Of a DNA stretch of 64,000 bases, positions 51,040-61,370 are shown piece after piece (position 1 is the first letter of the stretch; every line of letters begins with the position of its first letter). The stretch comes from Amoebophrya sp. A120 (Eukaryota; Protista; Dinoflagellata): positions 8,872,449-8,936,448 of the forward strand of contig CAJINV010000005.1 of assembly GCA_905178155.1 (NCBI GenBank), given 5' to 3'. A model generated the notes under the pieces. That model was not told where the DNA came from. It ran no database searches and saw only the letters and a list, made by a program, of their open reading frames with translations. Both the position numbers and the translations under genes were made by a program.

Positions 51040-52078
51040 CTTGCGAAATTCTTGGGTGAGTGTAGTTTTGTGGAGAAGGAAAATCAACTTTGTTGCACTT
51101 GCAGCAACCTACGCATGCTAGAAAAGAGCAGACTCAGTTCTCGTCGCAGGTCGTGAGCCAAGTGCTCCTGCTGTGCGCTCGTTCACCTCGCTTTACGTTC
51201 TTGTGCCACTCAAATGAAAGTTTTCGTTTTACTTCCACAGCATCTCTCTCCTCCAAGAAAGATTGTGCCTCACCGGTCCAGACCAGACACTCACTTCGTG
51301 CCTTCGTGTTGAAGAAGGAAAACAGAATGAAAAAGCATACTGAGTAAATACCAATGTCGTGAATATGTTTCGACATTCCTCAATAGATAAGCATGCATTC
51401 GGCAGGAGGAATAGCAACGAGCGTTCTGGACAAGACCAATAGCTGCGAACGCATCGCCTCATCTACGAAAAGGTCTTGCCGTTGAACTACCGATACGGGT
51501 ACGAACATTCCGTCTACGAATGTTGTGACGAGGCATAGGGTGGTCTGTTTTTTTTCCTTAGTCAGGGCTTCAATAGGATGAGCTTAGTGTTGTTGTCGTC
51601 ATGGTCGTTTTTCGTTTTTTTTTTTTCCCTTCGTCTTCCGAATAAAAATGTCGTCTTCGCTTTATGTTTGAAGACCTTGAGCAGGAAGTCTGGTGCTGTT
51701 CTATCACCATGCTCGTCGTCCAAAAAAATCAGTAGATAGTTGTCCAACAGATTCAACATCAAGAGATCCAACACATGGCTTCTGTAGTTCTGAGCGATTT
51801 CAAGAAGCAAAATTTAACTTCTGACTTTTCACTTATCACACACCAGGAGCTACTTTAGGACAAGGGCGACAAGTTCTTTGCCTTGTGCTCCTCGTCGCTT
51901 TAAAAAGACTAAATGGACAGCTCCTTCGATAGAGCAGCAGACGACCGGAAGGAGATCAGCGTAGTATGTAGCAAAGCATCACAAGAACACTTTCTTCTCA
52001 CCAACACAAGAAGCGACGTCGTTCTGTAGCAAACTATCTAAACCATGATAGTGCTGTACAACTATATCCCTTGATAAT

Positions 52079-55000
52079 TCAAGTTGTACTTTTTTTCGTG
52101 GATCTCCGCTTCTTGCCCGCCGGCTCGCTTGTGGTTTCCTTCGAAGTATTCGATGTCCCCGCGGTGAGATTCTCCTTTTCCTTCGACGCATTTCTCGTCC
52201 GTTTCGACGACGTGTTTTTCTTGGCAGCACCCATTCCCGCGTTGATGCGCGTATTTTGCACCAAGAACCCGTCCTCCTCCTCCTCTTCCTCTTCCATGTT
52301 GTTCTCGTCAATCGTCGGCAGTGCCAGCGCCTGCCGCGCATTCCGCCGTTTCGCCGCAGGCGTGGCTTTTCTTGGTGGTTCGTTTTTACTGCAATTATTT
52401 CCAAGCGCATTTTTCTTCGCTGTTGGCGTGAGTGGTGCGATGTCCTCTAGCAATTCCTGGGATGCGTTACTATGCTCCAAATTTGGCGTGAACCCGGTGT
52501 TCTTCCCGGAGGTGAGGGACGCGATCTTGTTGAAATTCAATTGCGGGGACGTCGGTCGAAGAACTAACAACTCCCGACTGTTGTTGACCACGGAAAAATT
52601 GCTGTTTTGGGAGAATTCCGACGGCGATTCGGCGAAGGGGTTGGATTTTGTGCTGTTGTAGGGATAGTTGTTGTTATCGGAAGAGGACCCGGAGGAGTCG
52701 TTTTGACCACTACTTCCCGTCACCTTATTCGTCAACTTCTGCCACAAACTCGGCTTAGAACCGTTCTTGTATATTCCCGTTGTTCCGCTGGAAGAGCTGC
52801 TGGACGCTCCTCCTGCTGCGCTCTGCCCTCCCGCCGCGCTCATCGAGGCCATAGGGGAAATCCGGGAAAACAGACTACCCATCACCCCGCCTGCTGAACT
52901 GGAACTCGACCCGCTAGTTGTGCTCCCGTTCCCCGGTCCCGCTGGGTTGACGTGGTTCGGTAAATTGTCTAAGACCGAAGTGTATGCACTGCAAAAGTAT
53001 CGTAGACTAGTTCTAGTATAAATCGCATGACAAATTTCCTCACCATGATGACACATGAAATTTGCAATGCGGGTTTGACTTGAGAAGGAAATTTGTAATG
53101 CATGATTGTGATTCTTAGTACTAGTACGACACTTTTGCAATGCATAAAGTATCTGGTTCGCCGGAGAAGGATTGGAGCAGCCCAAGCGCGTCTTCACTTA
53201 TCGACTTGGAATGCTTGTTCAGAAACGGATTCACGCCCGCCAACGTCCCCGACCCGGACACTCGTTGTTCTATCCTGTGTAAAAACATCCCCACCCCAGA
53301 GTTGTCATGCAGATTTGCAATGACAGAACCATTTGTGATGCGCATCCCCATGATAGGCATTGCCGATCGTGTTTTGGAACTTGTAATGCTGTAAACAGGA
53401 TAAGCCGATGGATTTGTAATGCGACTTCCCTTGCTAAACTGCACTACGCTAGAGCCTTCGACCTGTAATGCATGATTCCAAAACCTTCGAGGTTTGTGTT
53501 GCAAAATCCCCATCTTGACTCTGGGGTGCGGACGTTTTTCTTCAGGATATGCTCCTGCAGCATCTTCACCGTCTCCTCGTCTTCCTTCTTCGATTGCAGT
53601 GTCAGTTCAAACAGGTGCTCGCGGATTTTCATGCCACGTTCGGCTTCCGTTTCCAGTTTGGAAATGTCCTCCAAAAACGTTTCCGTGACGGTTTTCTGGT
53701 TCATCTTTTTCGGCATGTGGATCTTGCCCGCCAGCTTGCACACCCGGGAATTCTTCAGCACGTCCGCGAGTTCCTGGGCGGTTATTCGTTCCGCGGGGTA
53801 AAATTGGAGGCATTTTTTGATGATATCCTCGAGTAAAAACTGCTTCATGCTGCTGTCCCACGGGCCCTGTTGCGGCATCTTGCCATGGTGGGGCTGATCG
53901 CTGTTGTCCAGCTCCTATGAAAGTGCACAATTTCCCCTCCCCCTTTTTGTCATGCAAAACCCCCAATCCACTGTGTTCCTCTTGGCACTCTGTGCATGGC
54001 AAGTTCTGGTAGCCCAAATAGCACTACACTCTAGTGTAAATTTGTCATGCAGAACCGGCATTCTTGCTGATGCTTGTATTGCCGCTCATGCTTTACAAAT
54101 GAGGGGGAGGGGGAGTTGTGCACTGTCATAGTTCCCCCGAGTCCGCGATGTTGCTGCTATCAGCAAACAGCTGGTCCGGGCTAGAATATGCATTGCAAAT
54201 ATCTCTGCGTCTGGAAACTTGTGATGCGAGTCAGTCAAGAATAAGTGCACTGTAAAGCACCGCTAAGCATGACAAGTTTTTTCGTGTTTCTGTGCTGCGT
54301 ATTCCGCATGAGAAATGTCGTTTTTGCATGACAGACAAGAGGAGGTCTTCGTGGCCACGCAATACAGAGTTCTGAGTCATGCCAAACTAGCATGAGAAGT
54401 CTCGCAATCTTCCAGACCCAGACATATTTGCATTCGATATAGAAGCGGCGTCGTCGATGTTGGAAACGGAGGAGTTAGTGAGGGACTGTTTTTTGTCGTT
54501 TCTCGTGGTGGACTTGCTGCTCTGTTTATTCGTCTTCTCGTTCGCAGGCGCACAGAGGTTGTCCAGCTGCTTCTCCAACGCCACCCACTTCTTTTTCACC
54601 CAACTCGCCTCCTGCGTCGCCAACTGCTGGATGTTGTGCACGCCGTAGGTGATTCTTTTCCGGCCGAGTTTCGTCTTAAACGCCGTTCGGTTTATCGAGT
54701 ACTGTCTCGCGAGGATCAAGTGATACGGGTTGGTTTCCGCGAACATCGAGCTCGACTCGTTGTTGCACACCAGCATCTCGTAGAACACGCACCCCAGCGC
54801 CCAGATGTCGACGGGGAAGGAGTAGGACTCCGTGGTTTCCATGATGAGTTCCGGTGCCAGGTAGGACTTGGTCGAGCACTCCCGTCCCCCCGTCATGTGC
54901 TTCTTCGTCGACCTGGCCATGCCCAAGTCCGCGATGATGGCGTTTTGGTTCTTCGCATCGTAAAAAATGTTTTCCCGCTTGATGTCGCGGTGGAGGACCT

Positions 55001-58000
55001 GATAATTTTTATTTTTTTTTTAAAAATACAAATCACAAAAATAACGCAGCGAAATATCACATAGACAACTTCAGATCGGAAAAGGAAATGATCCAGGCTC
55101 GTCGTCCTTGTTCTATCGCGGCATCGTATTCGTGGTTCGTAAGTGCCATCTGACCCCTTCGCCTTTCGGCTCCAGACTGCTTGCCCCTTCTCGTCGCGAC
55201 ATGCTACAGTTGTTCACATGGTCAGCAGGCGGTGAGTCACACCACCGAGTTGCCTTCAATCTCGCTGTGCAAGAGAGTCGACAACTGTAGTGATGCAACA
55301 GCACAGGCGCTGCATTGCTCTTCCTTTTTTCGGTGGTGATTCTGTACCTGATCCGAGTGGCCCACTGCCCCGCCCCTCACGCCTAAAAAACTAAGCCTAA
55401 AGGTCGGGAAATCTCGAATCACAATTGCGTGAGTTTTGAAGAAGCAACTTTTGGGATCCTGTTTTGCCATGACATGCATGACTGGGCGCAGCGCGATGTT
55501 GATGGTCCTACTGGGCTCTTTTTGGAAGAATTGCTACAGGAGGAAGGCAGAGAAGGGGGTAGTTGCTGACTTGTATTTTCACTTCGAGTCCGGCTCGAAA
55601 AAGTAAACGCATGATGAGAATATTCAGAAACTACCCCCAAGCAAGCCCTCTGAGATGCACGGCTGCGCTTTTTACGTAGCAGCAAGCCTTTCCCCTTCCC
55701 CCTGCAGTATGCTTCTTTGTTGCTTTTTAATTCTTGTCAAAAATGCTCTTTGGTATTGTCGGCGTGGGTTTGGAGACAGTGTGGCAGCGTGACTCCTGAG
55801 ACCTTAGAGGGGTGAGGCAACATCAACCCTCCTACACAGTCGAGCATGAGTGAGAACTTCAACACCGCAGCAACTCAAGGAAGGGAGCAGAAGCCGGGCG
55901 AAGAAATTCACACCCGAACTTTAGGTCTCCTGTTTTTTTTTTTTGAAAAAATGTTTTCCCGCTTGATGTCGCGGTGGAGGACCTGATAAAAATTTGCATG
56001 ATTTGTTTTAAAATGCGTGCGCCGTTTTTTCTGGTAAAGTGAAAGTAATATGAGGTCTCTGTAATGCGAAAATGAGGTTGAGAAATCACGACCTGTCATG
56101 CATAAGAGTCTGTCCAACAAAAGCCGAGACGTTACCCAGGTAACGTCGACGAAATTATGCATGCATGCCCACCCACCCCCCCGTTACTCGGCCCACGCCA
56201 AGAGGGAATTCATATAGTCGAGTAGCAGCGCGGGTAGGCGGTGTACGGCTCGGCCCCACCAATGCAAAACGCTGACAAACAATCGCTGCGCGCCCTGTCG
56301 TGTGGCAGGCGCTATTCTGTTCGGGCCAGGCCAATATTGATACGCGCTGCGAATTCCTTTTCGTATCGGGCGCACGAAGCGCGACACCAAAAAAATTTGG
56401 CGCGCTGCGCGCGCTTTCGTATTTCCCTGCCCTGCCGCTGCGTTGCGGGTGGCGCAAGTTTTTACTCAAGTGGCGCCGCGCGTCGGAGGCTGTGCAATTT
56501 TTCACTTCGCGCTGCGCGCGCCGTCACGTTTTCAATTCCCTTGCGGGCGATGCGGCTCTGCTGCAATTTCTCAGCACAAAAGGGGGGCTTCCTGACTTGC
56601 CCCTGCGCGAGCCCGCGCCGCGCGCCCTCATATTAGTTAGCTTCGCCGCGAGGCGCAGCAGGGCGAGCCCCCCTCGCCCCAGTTCCTTTCGAATATTTTC
56701 CACGCGCTGCGCGCGCCCTCGTAAAAAATGTTTTCCCGCTTGATGTCGCGGTGGAGGACCTGATAATTTATTTGGGACGTCCAAGGAATCAAGTTGGTCA
56801 AATTGTTGGAATCAAGTTGGTCACTGGAATCAAGTTAAATGGACTCAAGTTGGATCCTGGAATCAAGTTGACTGGAATCAAGTTGGGTCCTGGAATCCCG
56901 TTGCGTGGAATCAAGTTGATCCCGGGAATCCCGTTACGTGAAATCGCGTTGCGTGTCCCGTTTCCGCCAGAAGCAAAAGCACTGCGCGGGTCCCGTTACT
57001 TCCGCTGCCAAACGTTATTCACCATGCACGCGCGTGGCGAAAGCTCTCATAGATGCATGCGCGGTGGGTAAAGATCTCAGAGATCCCCCCGGGGCGGCAG
57101 GCATCTGCTCCCCCGAAGCGAAAGAAATTGCAGCCCTGCCGGCACCAACGAGCGGAATTGAATTCCTGGCTTCATCACGGAGGACAAAACCCCGGGTCTC
57201 CCCAGAAGGGAAAGTTCCACGCTTCGGGACCCCCGCCTACCTTTACCGAAGGCCGGCCCGCCTTCCGACGGGCCATACATGTTCCGGGCCCCCGGGGCCG
57301 GCGTGGATGTGACGAGGCCCGGGGATACAAAAGAAAAAACCTGGGCCGGGCCCCCGGCGCAAAAGCTGTAAGTATACGCACGCAGCCCAAACGGCAACTT
57401 TGCGCGCTTCGAAACCGAATCCCAAACGCCTCGGCGAGCCCGGGCACAGAAAAACCCCGAACAACCCACGTCGCGCAGGAGGTGTAAATAAGCTCGGGCC
57501 ATTCAATCCCGAGAGCCAATCAAGCTGCGGACCTTCCGCCGGGGAGCGACCCGCCAGAGCTTCCGAAGGCGAGACATCCGGGGCTGCCGAAGCCAAAGAA
57601 GCTTCGGAGCCTCCGAAGGTGAAAGCTTCGGCGCTTCCGAAGCTAAACGCCCCGGATCCCCCCAAGGCGATGAAGCGGGCGAAGTTGGCAAATGCCAAAC
57701 ACCTGAGGCAAAGCCTCGGCCCCTTAGTGCTGCAGGCGGAATAAACCCCGGACATCGGGAAGACAAGACGGAACTCCCTGAGAGGAGAACCGTGCCAATC
57801 CCCAAAGAGACCTTCCGAAAGAGGCGAAATAGAATCCCCGGAGAGAACTGCCGAAGGACAAGGAAGGCGAAATGGAGGCCCCCGAGACACCTTCCACAGG
57901 AGGGCGAAATGGAGTCCCCTGAGACCGCAGGAACGCGAAACGGAATCCCCCGAGACTGACAGACACCATCCCGAGGAAGGCGAAGTGGAAACAGAATCCC

Positions 58001-61000
58001 GAAAGCAATGCCATTGCCTTCCCTCGCAAGATCCATCCGTCCCTCTCAATGGGTCTCCCGAGAGGAGGCGAAACGGGCATGGAACTCCGAGAGGAACGGA
58101 TGGATCTTCCGAGGGAAGGCGAAATGAAGACGGAATCCCCAGAGACACACACCTTCCGAACGCAGGAGACACAAATGGAATCTCGGGAACTTCGGAAGGC
58201 GAAAGCCCCGACAACTTTCGAAAGAGGGCCGTAAAACAACCTGGGCGCGCAAAGCTTAGCTCTAACATTATTTGCCACTTCTCTATCGACCAGAGGAAGA
58301 AAAGCCATACATGTTTGATAATCGTGGCCGCGTTTGAAAAAAAAAAATATTTTCCCGCTTGATGTCGCGGTGGAGGACCTGATAATTCGCATGATTTGTT
58401 TTCAAATGCGGGCGTCGTTCTTGTGGTAAAGTGAAAGCACTATGAGGCTCTTTGTCATGCGAAAATGAGGTTGTGAAATCAACTGGCGTCATGCATAATT
58501 ATAATAATAGTGAAACGACTTTGCCCTCCCCCTTTGCTATAATCTATAGGAGGCACTTAGAAAAATAATTCTAAACGAATGTGCTTAGAAGGTCTCGTCT
58601 AGAAGCTTCGCGTAACAGATTGAACGCGTTCCCGTTATCTGTACCCCGTACCGTCGTGCAAAATGTTACGCTGCACGCTCTGGCGAGCAGCAGAGCAAAG
58701 CCACGCATCAACTTCAGTGTGATTTTGCTAGAGAAAGCGTGAAAATGATGGCCAAGAGCTCCCTGGCCATCCCCTTGCCTTCGCTCGGGCAAAAGTTTTC
58801 CAAGGGGGGCATGCCCAGTCTGTCAGGCAAAAGCGGCGGCCGCGAGCTCCGGGGCCAAAAGCATCACTTACCGGCCGGGCAAAATTGATGGCCAAAAGCC
58901 CCTCCTGGGCCATCACTTTCCGGTCGGGCAGAGTGATCCCTGGCCGTCCCTTTCCGGCCGGCAAAAGTGATGGCCAAAAATTCCACGGCCAGCCACCAAC
59001 TTTCGCTCGGGCAAAAGTGATGGCCAAGAAGAGCTCCCTGGCCATCGCTTTTGGCCATCACTTCCCGGTCGGGCAAAAGAAAGTGATGGCAGAGAGGCCC
59101 TTGGCCATCACTTCCCGGGCGGGCAAAAGCGACGGCACGGCCAGGACCTCCTTGGCCATGCATGTGTCGGTCGCTTTTCGCTCGGGCAAAAGTGTTTCCG
59201 GTTCGTCGGGCGAAAGTGATGGCCTGGAGCCACTTGGCCATCACTCTGCACGGGCAAAAGTGATGGCCGATAGCTCCCCGGCCGCCACTTTTCGCTCGGA
59301 CGGACAGCCGGGCAGCCAGGCAAAGTGATGGCCAGGAGCCCCTTGGATGGGTGGCCATCACTTTCGGCGGCTATCATTTTCGTTCCGATCGGGCAAAAGT
59401 GACGGGCAGAAGTTCCTCGGCCATCAGCATCGCCGTCCGATCGGTTCGGGCAAGTGAAAAAGTGGCGGCCGATAAAAAATGTTTTCCCGCTTGATGTCGC
59501 GGTGGAGGACCTGATAATTTGCATGATTTTCTGTAAAATGCGTGCAAAGTGAAAGTACTTGAGGTTCTTTGTCATGCGAAAATGAGGTTGTGAATAAATC
59601 AACTGCCATGCATAGAGTTACAATGTATATTACCTTGTGCCGGTGCATCCACAGCAGCCCAGACACGCAATCCCGCATAATCGAGCAGAACTGTTTTTCG
59701 TTCCGAATAATGCCCATCATGTCAATCGACCCCGGTGTGTAAAGCGGCATCACGATGTAAAAGCACTTTAGATTCTTCTTCAGTGCCTCCTGCGTCTTCG
59801 AGTTGATCGGCTTCAATTGCTGTTCTACTTTATCCGCCGCTGTGACCGCGGGGGATTTCATTTTACTCTTCTTGTTGTTCCCCTCTTCTGTTATTTTCGC
59901 CTGCTTGCTGGGTTTTGAAATAACGGGCTGATCCTCCTCCTCCTCTCTTGCAATCTCGATGTTTATCATTTGTAAAAACGTCCCCACTCCAGAGTCAAGA
60001 TGGGGATTTTGCAACACAAACCTTAAAGTTTTGGGAGCCACGCATGACAAGTTGCAGGCTGTGATATAATGCAGTTTAGCAAGAGAAGCCGCATAAGAAA
60101 TCCAGCTCCTTATCCTGTTCACAGCATTACAAGTTCCAAAACACGATGGGAAATGCCTCTCGTGGGGATGCGCATTACAAATGCTCAGCTCTTGTGCTTG
60201 CAGATCTGCATGACAACTCTGGGCTGGGGATGTTTTTGCACAGGATAATGTTCTGCGCCTCTTTGTTCATGTAGATGGACACAATGGGCGTGATGTTTGG
60301 GTGCGGAAGGTGCTTCATGAAGTGGATCTCGCGGAGCAGGCGGATGTTGTCCTCCCAGTCGTTATCGAACGCTTTTTCATGCGGGAGGGAGACCTGATAG
60401 AGTTCATTAGACGAATTTGTGAAGCAAATATCCTCGTATGTGAGGACTTCCCAGCAGTCCAACTTCCACAAAAGTCGCTTTATGCATGCTCAAACCCGCC
60501 AGTTCTGCCTCAGTTCTCATCTGCAGCACAAACAAAACACTATACCTTCTTCACCGCGATCTGGTCGCAGCCATGGTACCGCTTCGGGTTTAACACTCGG
60601 CACTTACACACCACCCCGTATCCTCCTTCCGATAAATACTGTGCCCGGTCCGTTTCCGGTGGCACCTCGAAGTATCAAATGTAAAAGTGTCTGGCTCTGG
60701 AAGATTCTGACACTTGTCATGCACGTTTTGCATGAGCCATGATGTCTGTGATGCATACCATAGCAATACAGATTTTTTGAGGACTTCTTGATGCCTATTC
60801 CGAATGACAAATGCCTTCTCAGCGTAGCAAAAATTGCATTCCCTTTGGTACTCATGCAATACAGATTTTTCTGGAATCCCAATGCAGCATCACAAGTTCG
60901 GATTCTTCCAGACCCAGACATTTTTACATTTGATACGAAGGTAGCGCCGTTGAGGATGGCTTCGTGGCAGGCGAGGGAGGAGCTGACGGGGTTCAATTTT

Positions 61001-61370
61001 TCGTCCACCACACCCGCGGCAATGGCGTTTTATGGTGAGCAAAGACGTCCTCCCCCCAGAGTCAAGATCGGAAACCTGCTAGACAAATCGCCAGGCTTTG
61101 GCTGTTGCGCATGACAAAATTGGGCTCGCAGTGTAGTCGTGCTTAGCTAGTGCAGCAGCATCACAGATCTAGCATACTACGCGAATTTGAGCATCACAAA
61201 TCTCAAAACACCAATAGCAACTGCTTCTCCTGGGTTTCTGCATGAGAAACATTTTGAGCATGCAGGTTTGCATTACAACTCTGGGGCGGGGACGTTTTTA
61301 CAAATGATACGTTGCCGAGGATCTTTTTCAACGCGTCCTTGTCCAGATGATCGAGCAACGAGGACATCAT
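52079..61370 (-). CDS. Atypical MAPK-like (CMGC) Ser/Thr protein kinase, ~910 aa, long disordered C-tail
   Basis: Exons 61370-61310, 61025-60936, 60667-60546, 60393-60248, 59958-59634, 54998-54440, 54181-54131, 53910-53550, 53265-53147, 52977-52079 total 2733 nt. Motifs in order: LSEGGYGVVC, IAVKK, AFDN..DNIRLLREIHFMKHLPHPNI, HRDIKREN, DLGMAR, YLAPE, DIWALGCVFYEML, CLQFYPAERITAQE. Confidence 0.92.
52983..53146. mobile_element. Introner, family B (kinase intron)
   Basis: tatgcactgcaaaagtatcgta / tacgacacttttgcaatgcata; DR aagtg/aagta. Confidence 0.92.
53271..53549. mobile_element. Introner, family D (kinase intron)
   Basis: tatcctgtgtaaaaacatccccaccccagagt / actctggggtgcggacgtttttcttcaggata; DR tgttc/tgctc. 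Confidence 0.92.
53916..54130. mobile_element. Introner, family E (kinase intron)
   Basis: tatgaaagtgcacaatttcccctccccct / aggggggagggggagttgtgcactgtcata; DR gctcc/gttcc. Confidence 0.92.
54187..54439. mobile_element. Introner, family A (kinase intron)
   Basis: Family A TIRs; perfect DR tagaa. Confidence 0.92.
56785..56945. repeat. GGAATCAAGTTG short tandem repeats
   Basis: About 8 copies spaced 15-21 bp. Confidence 0.85.
57765..58225. repeat. Degenerate GGCGAAATGGAATCCCC/CCGAGAG repeats
   Basis: Recurring aggcgaaa.ggaatccc.gaga units. Confidence 0.7.
58745..59470. repeat. GGGCAAAAGTGATGGCC repeats in both orientations
   Basis: Alternating aaagtgatggcc / ggccatcacttt forming many local hairpins. 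Confidence 0.85.
59964..60247. mobile_element. Introner, family D (kinase intron)
   Basis: Perfect DR atgtt; reverse-orientation relative of 53271-53549. Confidence 0.93.
60673..60935. mobile_element. Introner, family A (kinase intron)
   Basis: Near-perfect TIR; perfect DR cgaag; removal gives ATF|EVPPETDRAQYLSEGGYG. Confidence 0.95.
61031..61309. mobile_element. Introner, family D (kinase intron)
   Basis: aaagacgtcctccccccagagt / actctggggcggggacgttttt; DR cgttt/cgttg; removal gives KKILGN|AIAAGVV. Confidence 0.88.

Larger units (their letters stand above)
54961..59620 (-). repeat. Five direct copies of splice acceptor plus kinase catalytic-loop codons, separated by four unrelated inserts
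   Basis: aaaaaatgttttcccgcttgatgtcgcggtggaggacctgataa at 54962, 55946, 56723, 58342 (one substitution) and 59474. Confidence 0.95.

Noticed and set aside
57243-58268. 341-aa minus-strand ORF in insert B
   Set aside because: Built from degenerate repeats, open in several frames, and without RT, endonuclease or recombinase motifs.
54961-59620. HRD repeat array as a CRISPR array or as five kinase paralogs
   Set aside because: Spacers are 0.6-1.6 kb and the repeat is host coding sequence. Only one set of the other kinase subdomains is present.
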